A stretch of 64,000 nucleotides of DNA. It comes from Spizellomyces punctatus DAOM BR117. Taxonomy: Eukaryota. Of this stretch, positions 11,301 to 25,946 are shown piece by piece; within the stretch, counting starts at the first letter, position 1; each line of letters starts with the position of its first letter. The position numbers and the translations under genes were made by a program. The notes below the pieces were generated by a model. That model saw nothing but the letters and a program-made list of their open reading frames with translations, searched no databases and was not told where the DNA came from. The stretch lies in assembly GCA_000182565.2 (NCBI GenBank), contig KQ257457.1; one strand, 5' to 3'.

Positions 11301-13736
11301 CGTAAGCCTAATCTCTGGCGGCACACAGTTTGGGAGAGTGACACTGGCCTATGAACACGGATAACTGTAAGAATCCTCGGCCAGACGATCCATTTCGGAA
11401 AGATAACCTACTTGAAAACGCTCGTCCCCCGTGCTGGCGAGATGCGTTAAGGCGTATTCAGGCCGCGAATGAACAAACTGATCGCACAGTTGAACGGTGC
11501 AGAATTCTTCGACTAGCTGCAATGCTGATGTAAGGGTAGCTTTAGCTCCTGTGTTCTCCACCGTATATGTGTATGGTGAGGTTTGCAATGGCTCCTCCTC
11601 ATCATTCAGAGCATATGATGTTGGAATGTTGTTTTCGTGGCTCACTAGCGCAGTCCGAATCTCGCTCTCGCGGATGCGCAACTCCCGTAAATGTAAAAGA
11701 TGCTCCCAATTGTCTTCTTCGCACATCAATATAAACCTGGAATCTGGGGCCCGTGCTCGCCCACGGCTCTGAAAGGGTTAGAGTTTTTTCAATGAAGACA
11801 GTTCGACAGGTGGATGGCGTGCCATTGCATGTACCTGAATGAAGTTCACCAAGTTCATACTCTCCTTGCCCATATCGAATCGTATCACAAGCTTGCAAAC
11901 CCTGATGTCCAGGCCCTCCTCTGCTACCTATGTGGAATGTGAATTCAGATGCTTGTGCTCGTTTGGGGATACAACATATCCGTACCTTGGTCGCAACCAG
12001 CAAGTTGATCCGATTGTGTCCAAACTCCTGCACAATGTTTTGTTGAGCGGTTACTCTCATGGCGGTTTGCAGGACATCGGCATTGTCGCCGCCGTGACCA
12101 ACGAGCACATCTACTCTGAGGAAATCTTTGAGTCGATCGATACTGCACAGAATGTCACGTAACCGTTCGGCTGTTTCTCGTCTTTGCACAAACACGATCC
12201 CAGAAAATACATGATCATCTCGGTATTGCTCCAGGATTTCGATGAGCTTCACAACCTTCGGGGACAGCTCGGATAACGCCGGCGAATCAGCCGGCCCGGC
12301 CACTCTAAGCTCTTCCAGCAACTGTCGGCGTATATCTTCAGTCTGCATAAGCCGGCGGACCTTGCTGGTCATAATCCCGTCCGCTAACATTGCTCTGTCC
12401 GCCTTCTTTTGCAAAGTGTATATGGCCGCCAATATGGATCGAGCACAAGCCCAGGAGCCGAGTTGTTTGAGAATATAGATGCCGTCCTTGAGAACCTTTG
12501 TTAAGTTGGCGTCGGCCGGCATCATCGACGACCATCCCTTAACGATTTCATATGCGCGAGGATATGTGGCGATCTCGTCGTTCTGGGGATATTCGATCTT
12601 TTCAGGCTTCGCGCGAGCTGCATACCTCAATGACTTTTCTTCACTCATTACTGTTACCGCTCGACAGTCGAGAATTTTCTGGAGATTTCTGTTATTGAGA
12701 AAACACAATAAGCAGGGGAAAATATGACAGCTGTGGACGACTATAGAGCTCGTACTCAATGGCGATGAGCGCATGGCTGTCTGAATTTACAGGTGATGCT
12801 GTTAATCCAAGGATGCGTGGCCGAGCATTTGATGGCAAACAAGAAACATGCTCCTTCATAAGAACAGCATATGCTACAGATGCAAGAAAATTTTAGAGAA
12901 ATCCCCGTACCCATATGGCATAACTAAAACGACCCAATTACGATGATCGCCGAGTGCATGATGAGCCTCGTCAAACACAATCAAGCAAATCTGAGATTTT
13001 CAGGATTATTTAGTCATCAAACCCGGATCTTATAACCTTCTTACTTGATCAATGTTTATAAAAGCATGAATCAAAGCTTCGACAAGCGTCTGAGGTGTGG
13101 CACATAAGACGTCATTTTCTTTGAGGATTTTCTCCCAATCAGACTGTTTCTATTATTGCATGCTTGGATTTATGGCTGTCCAGTGGAAAGTGGAACTTAT
13201 TAAGTGGACGTACCTCGTTAAGTAGTTCTCCACATATTGGCACTACATTCCCTGCGATCTGATGACGGAGATACTCCTGTTGCTGAAATACAAGTGGAAC
13301 TGTGGGGACAAGAAAGGCGACCACCCTTTTCTATTTTGGATTTTTCTTCATTGTAATTGCATGTACCACCATTTGTGTGCTGCAGTCTTTAACCTACCTT
13401 CCCACCAGCGAGACGAGACGCATGCTCGACCTCCACCATGTGTTTAATGAGTAAGCCTGCGATAAGAGTCTTCCCCATTCCAGTATCCATTACAGCAATG
13501 ATATTACTATCTTTAGCCATCTCAAACAACTGCTGCTGATAGTCTCTGGCCACATCTGGCACAGTGTTAACCTCCTTAACGCTGAACTTGGCCGCGGCTT
13601 TCAACTCCCGGATGGTTTGTCGTGCTTTCTTCTGTTTTGTTTGTGTGGGCGTGATCGGCGGTTTCAAACCACTAGTTACCATGCGATAATGAGAGACAAA
13701 AGCCCTCTGCTGTGGAGGAGGTGCAGTTGGAATCAT
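8374..13736 (-). CDS. DCL: Dicer-like RNase III (helicase, dimerisation domain, PAZ-like region, RNase IIIa/IIIb, dsRBD)
   Basis: MDTGMGKT (Walker A), [24 protein letters not shown]; RNase III signatures [12 protein letters not shown] and QRLEFL|GDAVL with ADTVESILG and [10 protein letters not shown]; start uncertain (13682 or 13736). Confidence 0.93.
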
Positions 13737-14085
13737 CTTGCCCCAGATCTCCAAAAGCTTTCTGACAGCGTGAGAAGATAACCTGAAGCTTGCTGCTTAC
13801 TTGATTTCAGTCCACGTGATACACTGCTTTTGACACTGCAGCGTGACTCGAGGACTCGTTGGCAGATCTGCAGCATGCTGTCTGCTTAATCCGTAACACA
13901 ACTTCTGCCCTCCTCACCGACAGGTTTCCTTGAGCATTAGACCTCGTACTTTGTCTCGCTCTTGGATTTAGCCACCTGTACTTGCATGCCGGGGGCTCCC
14001 GCGTTGGCTTTGCTGAGGTTCGGTGGCCTGACATATTGAGGGTTGCAAGCAGGGTCATTAAATGGCGTTCTTTTCATCACTGTAG

Positions 14086-17000
14086 CTCGACAGCTGAGCT
14101 TGAAAAGAAACTACGACAGCTTCTGAAGGTCAAAGGATCAGGGCCTTTCCAGGAAGATGTGCAGACAGTGCGCAGCAGGCTAAGGGGGGAATTGCAGGAT
14201 GTCATTTTGCTTGACTATGACCTGGCTGCTACCAACGATGCCGAAGCAAACCTTTGGAAGCTAGTGCATTACAAAACTATTGAAGAGTTTCGCAAGAAGC
14301 TTAAGGAGGTACTCTTCCTGAGTTTAGTACGTTAATCGCAATCTTTGCAGGAACTTAATTTTCCCCCTCCTTTTGCAGGCTACATCCCGTGCACGGCGGG
14401 CAGGGCGCTCCATTTCCGCGGAAGACCGTAAAGAGCTGCGTGTACTTACGTCTTCTTTCCGGAACTTCCTCGCTGATGCGACGGCTTTCTATCTCCGCTT
14501 CATATGGCGGTTAACCCATCACTTCAGTTTGCACACCGTGGAGCTGATTGTGTTGAAGAAACTAGATTTTGACCTTCCGGGAGAAAGTAGGTTACCTGCT
14601 GGATGTATATGGCAGAATGATGAACACCAATAACCCGATGCCCTTTTAAGACCCCGATGCTCTTCCACACAGTCAAATAACCCCTGAGCTTCAGCAAAGG
14701 GCGATTGCTACTTGCCATCGCAGCCTTATATATCTCGGTGATCTTGGTAATTTGGATGTAGTCCGTGCTTTTATAGGCAGAGATCTTGTCATTCATGCGG
14801 TGTTAATTGTAGCGCGGTATCGCGAAATTCATGCGGATCGAAAGGAGAAGAACTGGTTGCCCGCCAAAATGTTTTACAATATCGCAATTCGCTTGATTCC
14901 CAGCAATGGCAATCCTTTTAATCAACTTGCTGTGATTAACACATATGCTGGAAATGTGCTTGGTGCTGTTGAATGTTATTTTCGCAGGTACTTGTTTCCT
15001 CGTTCGTCACTATCACATTTTGTCATTTTGTGACAGTGATTCACCATCAATCTGCGTTAGCTTGGTTATTCAGCAACCGTTTTCGACAGCGCAAGATAAT
15101 CTCACGATACTATTCGAGAAGGTGCAAAAGAGAACCCTGACAGAGCAACGCGAGGTTTCTGATCCGAACGACCACGACTCTTTTGCTGAAGAGTTCATAG
15201 CCTTACACGGAGAGGTCATGGGAGTGAATAAAAGGTATGAAATTAGGAACCTTCATCTTCATTGTTAGATGTCTGACGATAATTCGGTTTTGCTCCAGTT
15301 TGGATGGTCTTCGACTCCGAGAACAAGCGTGGTTGAGCCACTTTCATCGCCTACTGATGGATACTTCATTCAATCGCGAGACGCTTATGAGGCTCTTTGT
15401 TGTCAACATGGCGGTTGGGCACATACTCCGCAGCCGCATGCAGGCTGATATAACTGAATCGCTTTCTCCAGCGTCGGTAGCGGCGACCAGAAGTTTACAA
15501 GCACAAAAGCTGGACGAGATAATTGTTTTTACTATCGACATGTTTCGAATGCTGCTCGAAACAACCCTGGAGCATTTGCAACCCTGCGAGCGCAACAGTA
15601 GTAGTGGACGATCCTTGGGAGCTGAGAATTCAGAATTTGATGGAGCGCTTGCAGTAATCAAGATTGTGTCGAGATGGTTGAAGAACCAATGGATGAGATT
15701 CGCCACGCTGTTGGCTGAAAAAAAAGACCTCTGGACTGTTTACGCGGCGTTTTTGACCGCGGTTTCTAGGATGGTTGAAAAAGATGCACTTCTTGAACAA
15801 GACCAGCTTCCCTTTTTAAGGGAAGATGAGGATCTCGAAGGGTTCCTTCCACTCCAACCCGATGTTATTCCTTCAAATAGGGCCACGTATCCCGTGCATT
15901 CGTTTGGAGATCATTTGGAACAGAGGAGACGTAGCTTATCTGCAGAGGCTGAGACGCGTGCTCGTTTGATTTCCATACTCCGGACTAGTCTCTTTTTCAC
16001 GGATGTAGAGGTAGGGTTTGAGGACTTTCGCTCGCATCGGGCAGGATAGCGTGAAAGCTAATCCACAATTCTCACAGCAAGCTCCTCTTTTTCTGAGGAC
16101 GGAGACACAGAATTCTGAAGAGACGTGGGTGTTCTCCGCGTCCTTTCCTGGTCGTACAGCATCATCTTGGACCACTTCTAGCGGTGCTAGCGGTTCGCTT
16201 TCTTCGTCGAAATCGATAGGATCAGCGACCGGGTTGCAACATCCGGAGATATCGGACGATGATGAGGACATTTTGATGTTTACACCACATCAGATACGCG
16301 AGGCCATTTCATCCTTCCCGGAACAGGTCATGGAAACTCCCCATGGACTTCCAGATTTCTTTCCTTCGGGCCCAATGGACCCATTGGGCGAGGCAGCAAG
16401 TATTCTTGTGCCGATCTCAAAGGGTACTGGGCAAGAACTTGCTCAAGGGAACACCCTCCATGGATACAAGCGTCCATTGGTCAGTATTTCCGGTGTAATT
16501 GCTCAGTACTGAACATGTGTGTTTTAATATCAATTCTGAACAGCAAGAGCTCAACTACTCGAAACCTATGGCAGTCCCGGGCGAGAGAGGAAAAACTGCC
16601 TTTGCGTCTGCTTCGCCTGATTCCAATGGAGTATTTGGAACAAGTGCGGACGCAGTCAACACCATGGCCTTTTTAGGCCTGGGAAGCCCATTGTGGAATA
16701 AAAGTAGACCCTCGCCAGACGCTACGGTGCATGAGGCGGCACGAGAAGCAGATTCAGGGGCGCCTGCATTTGTGCCGTGGAGCTCGTCATTGAGTACTGC
16801 TAGTACAGGCGGTTCCGCAGTACCGCGTCCAGCGTCATCTGCTTTGTCGAGTGGTCCACACATCAGGTACCGTAGCGACGTTTTCAGTTGTATCCCGGAT
16901 TGGACCCTAAAAATTTGCTTTGCAGTCTGACCTCCACAAATCCACTCTCTGCTCTACCCGCACTTGGAATGGGTACTTCAAGGCTGCCCAACACGACCGC

Positions 17001-17361
17001 AATGCCGAATTCGCCATTTGGCCTGGATCCATCTCCCAGTAGTTTATCTTCGCAGTGGAATGGAGAGTATAATTTCCCATTTGGCGGACCGATGGGGGCG
17101 TCAAAACCGTCTCCCCAAGGTACAGCCAATATAGGTCAACCGCTGCCACCGCTGGGAGATTCTATGCTGAGTTGGCTGGGCTCAGTCACTGATGCATTTG
17201 CCACGCCTCCTATGCAAGGAGTTAATACAAGCTGGTTGCATACGTCGCCCTTTGACGCATCAATCTCCCCAGTGTCACACACCCGTGAGAATCGGCAACT
17301 GGCGCTCGGCCTCTTTGCGTCAACATCGAGCCATGGAAAGGGAAAGGAGGAAACCGCATAG
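14086..17361 (+). CDS. EST1/SMG7(Ebs1)-like NMD/telomerase-associated protein; no PIN domain seen
   Basis: EANLWKLVHYKTIEEFRK; CHRSLIYLGDL|ARYRE; PSNGNPFNQLAVI; LREDEDLEGFLPL; low-complexity C-terminus. True start is upstream of 14086 and uncertain. Confidence 0.8.
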
Positions 17362-17408
17362 CGGTAACTGGATCGTATGAGTATCGTGAAATTTATCGAC
17401 GTTCCTCC

Positions 17409-18955
17409 TCAGCAACGTAAGCCATAACGCTGTGCGAGCATCCCATTCGCAACCGGAAGTTCTGCCGTTAAGATGTGCTTTGCAAACTTCGTGTCCTCCG
17501 CTTGTATGGACGCGATATCTAGTTCGACTGGTATGTCAAAGATAGCATTTGCTTCGATCGTCTCCCATACTTCACGGCGACGTCCTCGATGGAATTCTCC
17601 ATGGATCGTTGGCAAGGGCTCCACGCCCCTGTAGTTGAATGCTGAGGGAAGATCAGGGGTCCTTTCCATACGACAGGGCCGTCTTGCGGATGGTCGCCTT
17701 TTGCATTATCCTGTGGAATGAAACCCCGTATATTGCTAGCATTTCAGTGTCTCAATAGACAAGATTACGTTGACCTTCTATTTGTTCTAGTGTATTGACA
17801 TGATTAAACTGCGTGCCCTGCTCAGCATTACTAGCCGTCTCCATCTATCCACACATCCCATCTGTCTGCGTCATCTAGCCGTCCTGGTTACAAATGTTGA
17901 TGCTCCTCTCAATGTTCGCGTGTACGCTTGCCCATAAAGCTGTGTAACTTGTGTCTTTCTTCGTGGATGATGGGCGAATGGACAGTTTTCTTTGAGCTTT
18001 GTGCACCAAAAACAATACCAGAAACGTAATACATGAGAAGCTTGACCTTCACAGCATAGAGTCGGAAACATTGCTTACCAATGGTGAAGAATGCCATCCA
18101 TATTCCTGAGCAGAGGTGATTGGAGATGCGTACTTTGCTGGAGGCGGTCGATTGCAGCGTTGTACATATCGATTGCATTCAGCTGCCATAAGGGGAGCAA
18201 CACATTATTATGAGTAGCAGAGGTCCACGTATTACATGGCGTCCATCATACCGTCGACCGCCTCTCTCTGCCGTTCCTGAACATGCGAGTTTTGCGGGTT
18301 TTCCGTCAGGACGATGTCTGGGCAAGGTAAGATACCACTGTCTTTGCGATACAATAAAGAGAATTCGCTTACTTTTAACAAGTCCAGGTGTAATAATAAA
18401 CCTTTCTTGTGGTCTGGTACATCTGTCAAATTTCCGTATCGTTTCTTTGAAGACTGCATCGACATGGCTTGTCACGAGTCCTGTCGGATGTCCCTTTGCG
18501 GTCATGAATGATATGTGAGGGTTAACTGAGCTGCCAAAGTTGGCAGCGCTTGCAGACGGGGACATTCGTCGAGGCATTTCGAGATGGTAATCGGTAGGTT
18601 TTTGGCAGTTGCTGTTGAAGCATGGAAGTCAGTCGCTGGACTGGGATTGTCGGACATTTCTTTATGACTGTGCCGCTTTCGTATGTTATCACATCATGAT
18701 GGCAACATTTTCACCAAAGTGGCAGCTAATGTTGGCCATTAGGAGGTTTCGTTCAAGCGAGCCATGGGATGAAGCGATGAGGAAGCGAAGAGTATGGAGG
18801 AGACGGAGGATGGTCAGCTTGTAGCCCCGCTGCTTAGTCTCGCGTTGTCGCAAGATTGTGGTACGGAACGACGAGAGCTTAGGAAGAAGGTTGATTGTCA
18901 ACTTGTGGATAGCCGCTACATGGTCCTTGGGATTGGCCAACGAATTCTTAAACAT
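17409..18955 (-). pseudogene. Possible fragmented/unknown gene
   Basis: Chain of co-oriented short ORFs (18689-18955, 18179-18577, 17909-18178, 17409-17669); no motif recognised. Confidence 0.2.
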
Positions 18956-19003
18956 ATCACTAATAGATCCTATATTCTAATGCTTCAAATACATTACTCA
19001 GGC

Positions 19004-19477
19004 TTATGAGCCAAGAATTACGCTAGTGTCCCCGACCGCCCATAGGTTATACACAAGAACATTTTTCATTTTCCACTCATTTCCAACTCTAACAACTGTC
19101 GCCTCGTATCTGTTCATCAAGGTAATATGCTTTACAGACTCTGCTTTAGGCCCTTCACCGCCAGGGTAATGCTCCGACTCGATGAGGCACGTCAGTTTCC
19201 CTTCATCCCCATGCAGATCAGTCTGAATGTTTGTTATCGTGTGGGAGGTGTCCAATGGACCAATCGTCGGAAGCATGACTGCTAGAATGGTGGGGAGTCC
19301 AGGCATGACCGGGAAAGAAATGCCAATTCTTGTGGCGGCTGGTGTAAAATCGAGTGTTGCGTCTTCGGTGAATGCAGAGGAGAGGGAGGCACTGTCATTT
19401 GCATCCAAACCATGGGCATAGCGGTGGATTGCGGTGGTAATTTGATGGTGGTCCAGTAGATCTTGCAGGCTTGCCAT
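19004..19477 (-). CDS. SnoaL-like / NTF2-fold protein
   Basis: LQDLLDHHQITTAIHRYAHGLD...AFTEDATLDF...TSHTITN...RYEATVVRVGNEWKM; intronless. Confidence 0.8.
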   Translation of the reverse strand: MASLQDLLDHHQITTAIHRYAHGLDANDSASLSSAFTEDATLDFTPAATRIGISFPVMPGLPTILAVMLPTIGPLDTSHTITNIQTDLHGDEGKLTCLIESEHYPGGEGPKAESVKHITLMNRYEATVVRVGNEWKMKNVLVYNLWAVGDTSVILGS

Positions 19478-20100
19478 GATGATGCTTTCCCTTTGCAGCT
19501 GGCGCTCCTTTTGATGAGCTGCTTTATATGCCTGTCACCTATATCCAACCCATCGGATGTCGCCACCAACGCAAAATATTAAATTAACCTCTTACGCTGT
19601 CTCACGGACTTACGACTCAGCCGCAAACAGTTGGGGATAGCACGTTTATTAGGGCTGAAGTTTCTTTCCTCTGCTTTTATTCCTCCAAGCCAAAGGATGA
19701 GCGTCACACAAGCGGTAGGCCATCAACGTTTCGGAGATGATACTCAGCTTGGTACCTCCGTCGCGTTCACCCACTCGTTACAAACTGCCATTTACTTTGA
19801 GCGACAAACATGTAATCGCATGGTAGAAAACACACTAAACAGAACATGACCAAAATTAAAATCCTATGACGTTCATATTGAAATAAAGCTTTCACGAGTA
19901 CAATATTTCTGCAAAAGGTGCGAAGGATAGCTACTTCGATTCCAAAAGGCAGTCCATCCCATACCCCAAGCCCGCACTCTCAATTTTCTAAATAATGGTT
20001 TTTTTCTAGATTGAGTGGAACAACACATCTCCATCGACTCCAGGTCAAACAGAGAGACATAATCCAGATAAAGAAACGGAAGGGTGATCATGGTCCATGA

Positions 20101-21960
20101 CTATTTGAAAAGACCTTTATTCTTCTTTCCCTTTTCCGGCGTTCCAGGTCGACCCGACTCCAATCTCCGTTTCTTTTCCTCAAGTTCTAGTCGCTGCTTC
20201 TCAAGCTGTTCCTTCATTTCCCGGTGACGAGCATAGAGCTGAAGACGCAAAATGAGCAGATTAACTTTCCATACCCTTTCAATTTCACTCTTCCAAAAGA
20301 TAGGGCACTACACATACTTCTTCCTCGGACTGCTTCAATTTTGCTTCTTTCTCTGCAACCTTTTGCTGGAATACTGCTTTCATCTCCGCTTCCATCTTTG
20401 CCATCTTTTGCTCATGTGCAAGCTTCTCCTCCTCGAACTTTGAGAGAGGGCTGAATGAAGCAAAAGTGAGCAACGTGCTCTTCATTCTCAACGCTTCATG
20501 AGAATATTAGGAACCTACTTGAGAGCACTGCCATCGGATGAGACCTCGTATCCGCCCCGCGCCAGCTTGCTAATGCGGTAGCTCTCGTACAGGACTTCAT
20601 TAGTGTATTCCTTCAACTCCTCCATATGTGTCCTTCAAGTTGATAATCGCACATAATCAGCGTCATCATCTGCAGTAAGACTAACTTATCTGTACTCCTG
20701 TCCATACCTGACCAGCATCTGTCGCAACTTGACAAAGTCGCAGTGATCTTCATTGTCGACTTCGATAACACCCCATGGATACTTCCTTCCACGGACTTTT
20801 TTTCCACCAACGTCCACCTCCTTGTCACTACCAACAATGGCAAACGGAATCCGAGACTTTAAAGAATATAAGATCAGATTGGACTGACAAGTTAAAGGCG
20901 GGTTGCTGCCGGACACTTACAATGATGTCCTTGTTCTCTTGGACAGTTTCCGGATCATCGTTGTCGTACATGGGCGGCTGGTATATTTGAATCTTATTAT
21001 AAGCAATATCTTCCAAAATCCGGGCTTTGAAGGCTTTGATTTCATCTTCAGTCAGCGTATCGGATTTTGCAATGACAGGAATGAGGTTCACACGGCCGGC
21101 CAATTGTTTCATAAACTCAATATCGAGCGGCTTCAGACTATTGGTTTCCGAACAAAGGTTGCAATGAGACAAGAGGAATAGATAGATACGAAGGAAGGGG
21201 TGACACATACGAGTGGCCAGTTGGCGCAATGAAGTATAAACAAGCATGTACGCGGGTGTCCACGATTCTCTTACGGTTCACACGGTTCTCCTGCTCGAGG
21301 TAAGCGTCGTATCGCGCCTCGATGTTTTCCAAAATCGGGCGCCAGCTCTCCTCATTATTTACAAAATCACCGAACCCGGGAGTGTCAATGACGGTAAGCT
21401 TCAATTTCACACCATTTTCCTCGATATCTGTTTTTTATCGAATAAATGTGAGATTTACTTTCTTAAATATCCTTACGGTGTGTCCAAACATACCGGCGCT
21501 GATGGTCTGAATTTCTACAGTTTTGGGACTTTCGTGTGTGGGTTCCTTGTTCTCCTTATTTGGATAGAGAGAAGTGTTGAAAAGAGTATTGACAAGCGTA
21601 CTTTTGCCGAGACCCGATTCGCCTGCAATCATCAAAATATGTCAGTGTTCTGATATAGTCTGCCTGATCACAGGAGAAGCAACATACCAACGACCATCAG
21701 GGTAAACTGGAATCCCTTCTTGACGGATTTTCGGTGAACCTGGTTGGGCAGGTTATGGAAACCCACATATCCAGCAAGTTTCTTTTTTACGATTGGGATC
21801 TGTAATGCCTTCTTAGCCAATAGTCGACAATGAGAAAATGGAATTTAAAGAATACTCACAGAAACGACGTCTGGAACAACACGTCGCGAAAGAAGCAATT
21901 GGAAAAAGACGAATATCAGTTACAGTTCACGCAAGCCATAAGTCTCAACTCCCATAGCAA
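20101..21960 (-). CDS. CDC3: Septin, Cdc3/SEPT7 group (multi-exon)
   Basis: [64 protein letters not shown], coiled-coil tail ending KGLFK*; start uncertain. Confidence 0.9.
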
Positions 21961-24360
21961 TGACCGCTATCCAACGACTAGTCATGTATGCGCAGCCTTT
22001 GGCGTAGCACCCTTCGCACGTTAGAAAGGAACCATCCCTTCGTGCATGATTTCTGCTGCCCGCACCGGAGACACCCAAAATGGTCGGGTGTGGGCTGCTC
22101 TGCTGGCGATACTTTGACCCTTTCCACTTTGCTACTAACCAGCCATTTCGAGAATGAAAGCGTGTCGCTGAAGATGTACGTCTGAGGAGTAGGTCAACAC
22201 TGGTTAGCGAACACGAAATGTCTAGGACCACGTCCTCAAGAAGCGCGGACAACGACGAAAAGAGCAGAATCCCAACGCGGCGCGATACCTGATGCGGCGA
22301 GTAATCAAATCCTCAATGTGCGCGGGTCGGAACAACGGGCAGGACTCTCTAGCAAAGATGAGACAAAGGGTGTCAGCTCGCGCGATCCTAGGCGAGTACG
22401 AACGGTGGGAAACGGCAGAGTTGGCGTTCAAAAGGCGTGACCATTCCGTCGGTTGTCGCACATGTGCACGTGACCACACGTTGGGCTCTTGTTTTATTAG
22501 CTGTCTGTAGTTGAGATTATCATTGGATTTTTACTTTTGGATTGGGAGCTTTGAGGCATTGTGATGTATTTTATTGGGATGTCAAGTATACACTGGCAAA
22601 ACGTTATCAAAAGACAACAACCCATGGGACTGCTTCATCTGAGATGCGATTACCAATCGGAATTGAAAGGACAACCGCGGCTCTGATTGATAGGGATCTT
22701 CATCAGTAAGCATGGGTAACATAACGACGGCGTTGCAAATTGCCAACAGCGCAAGAAATGCAAGATCTAGTCAACTGTCAGCCCATCGATGGTCATTTTA
22801 TTCCATTTGTGTTCGCATGTGGAAGAGTTCATCTATGTGCAAGGAGATTACTCCTTATGTCATCAAATGATTGGCTGTAAATCGTTGGCGGATGCGCCAC
22901 ATGTCCGAAGGACTGGACTGGAGATTGATTTCGCATGAGCTATAAACAACTTGGTGAGCTCGTCCAGCGCATATATGTATATGAGAGAGAGTACAGTAGA
23001 GTCCCACATCGATGGCATGAAATCCGAATGAACATCGTCGATCGCGGTTTCACGCATCAGAGATCGCCGAGCAGGATTTCTGCCTTTTCGTCGAACGCCA
23101 TGGTCTCTCCAACTTGTCTTAATACCATTCCTGCACCGTTAATCACTGGGAACCCCAATTGATAGGGTATAATGCATTGATTCAAACCTTCATCCGGAAG
23201 GGAGGCAGTCGACCATATTAATGCTGTTGAGGATTCGACATGTCTTGTCAGAAACTAAGACAAAACAATTGCACATTGAAACATCAGCATCTGATTCTGA
23301 GTCCGACCACACAAACCATCCCAGACACTTTTTTCTCATTCTTCCTATACCATTATGCACTCATTGGTGGTGTTCGGGGGAGCACCTTCTACGACATGTC
23401 AGACATGTGTGCGGACAGCAATATGATGGGCTTGTTCTTCCAGGGCGCCTCCGATTTTCGCTGATCTGCTGGTCATCAATTTAACGATCGTTTTACCAAA
23501 TTTGTAGGTTGTGGTGATCGAAAGATTACATAAGGATTCCAAAGTTAAATGCTCCCGGGTCTGTATTTGACCAAACCGTTCCATTTCAACCACTTTCTTA
23601 CACCGCAGCCGACATTACTCTGTATGGAGTGAGTCGATGATGTGAATATCTCGGGGATTCCCGTGGACCGCATATTGAGATAGTTACCAGATCTTTGTTT
23701 TGGATGTATCTGAAGACAGATGTTGCAGGTTGGACGGGAGAGTGACATGCTGCGTCCCCTGTAGATCTTCTCCCATTTGCTCGTTCAAGAGGCCTTGCTT
23801 GACGGATTGATGAAATCTCCTGCAACAGGTGCAGAGGACGCAAGCGACATCACCGGTCCCCTACCTCCAGCACAGGCTTCGGTACCCCACCGAGTTTACC
23901 TCAAATTGATATTTGGAGCTCACCCGAGCACAATCACCCGTTCAATTGATCTAACCATTAATATAGCTATGGAAACCCATACTATGAAGATCTCGATGTC
24001 GGAAATAAAACATATCATGAGGTAATTATGACGGTATATGGAAAAGCATGCTTGCCAGCATGTCCTATCGAATATTGTGATTCAACAGCTGGATCACATT
24101 ACGCATCATGAGCCTATCTGTCGATCGCGGTTTGATGGATTACGATTAACAGATACATAAACATACATTCCGTTTAAAGGATGAAAACTTTGAGTTTGAG
24201 ACCATCGACATCAATTGAGTGCAGCATAACAATCTAACGACGGCCTCGGCAACGAGATCCTATCGAAGAAGGCTGTCACCATGGACTCCAATTGAGGGGC
24301 ACAGCAAACCCGCTTGTACAGCGTGTTGACTCTCGCTTTGGAAGCATTGCCGAGCAGAAC

Positions 24361-25843
24361 ATGTCCTCTTTATGGCCGCCTCCACTCGCTGCTCGCTCAG
24401 CTCCTGTATTTCACGAAAGCGGGCTTTCTGGAGACGATGCCGTTAGGGCCACCAACGACGACGCCGCTATTAGCAGACTGTAAAACCACGTCGCCTGCTT
24501 TCGAACTCGTCCCACTGCTAACCTTTGGCTTGTATAGTGCGGCTGTCAACCAAGGTTATCTTTCTGATCCCTACGCCAAGCATTTTGTTCGCCGACCGCA
24601 GCGTCGACCTCCAGTTATAAATCGAGGTGAGGTTTACGCGATTTCTCGTCCCCATCTGACCATGATCTTAAAAAAAGCGGGCTATTCTCTCTTTCCTTCC
24701 GGTCAGGATATCAGGATCCTACACTCGTTCTAAAGCTCTCGATACCCTTGTTCAACAATTTCTAAAAAGCGGCGATGGATCTCCGAAGACAAAGCAGATT
24801 GTTTCATTGGGTGCTGGGTCTGATACGCGGTGGTTCTTGCTGAAGGTGATTGGTTATGTATGTTCTGTCTGCTAGGAAACGCTAGTTTAAGTATGGTTGC
24901 ATGTAGGCCCAAGACTTGCATCCAGCTCGTTATTATGAGATCGACTTTCCTGAGATAACAGGAAGGAAGGCGCAGATCATCAAGAAGAATAACGAAATGA
25001 CGGAGCTTTTAGGCGAACACCTTTTGAGTAAGCGTCTTGTATGCAGGACTCCCTTTAGTAGTGCTACAGCCGCTTACTATTCATCCAGCATCCGGTGGAA
25101 CAGAACTTCATAGCGACAATTATCACCTTATCCCTGGCGATCTCCGGAATTTTTCAACCGAGATCTTGCCGCGTATTGCCTCTCTTGGGTTTGACAAAAG
25201 GTACAAGCTCATATTATCATCCCTCACTTTGTTACGAGGTTAAAATTTCTCTCTCCTCAATAGTCTTCCAACCCTTTTCCTTTCCGAGTGCGTCCTTATA
25301 TATATGTCCCCTCGCGACTCTGCGAATCTTGTACAAAGTGCGGCAGAAAGTATCGAATCAGGTGTGTTTGTAACTTACGAACAGATCTTACCTGATGATC
25401 CCTTCGGTGTCACAATGTTGCAAAATTTGAAAGTAAGGGTAATGTACCGTGCAACAAGATTGGCGATACATTCTAACTGGCTCCGATAGATGCGCGGGAT
25501 TGAATTGCTGGGCATCCGAGCTCACCCGAGTCTACAGAGTCAACGGGATAGATATTTGATCGCAGGCTGGGATGAAGCAGGTGCCGTAGATATGAATATG
25601 TTTTGGGAGCGGATATTGGACTCGGACGAACGTACCAGGTGAGTACATAACATCATAATCCAGCTCAATCCAACAGGTACCAATGTGATTATCATGTGCA
25701 GAGTATCCGCGTTGGAGATTTTTGATGAGGTAGAGGAGTGGAGATTACTTTCGGGACATTATTGTGTGTCATGGGGAATCAAAACTCGCAAGGGCGCGGA
25801 TAATGGCTTAAAAAATGTAGGGTTGTGGGAACTGTCCTCTTGA
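24361..25843 (+). CDS. PPM1: Leucine carboxyl methyltransferase (PP2A methyltransferase)
   Basis: DDAVRATNDDAAISRL, RRPPVINRG, QIVSLGAGSDTR, YYEIDFP, FLSECVLIYM, YEQILPDDPFG, LEIFDEVEEW. Confidence 0.9.
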
Positions 25844-25946
25844 ACGGTTTAAGTGTACGCAACATGCATTGAATGAACTTTCATTTCTTCGCCATGGCGG
25901 AAATAATTGGAAACATTTATCTTATCTCTGTTTAAATGTTGCATAA

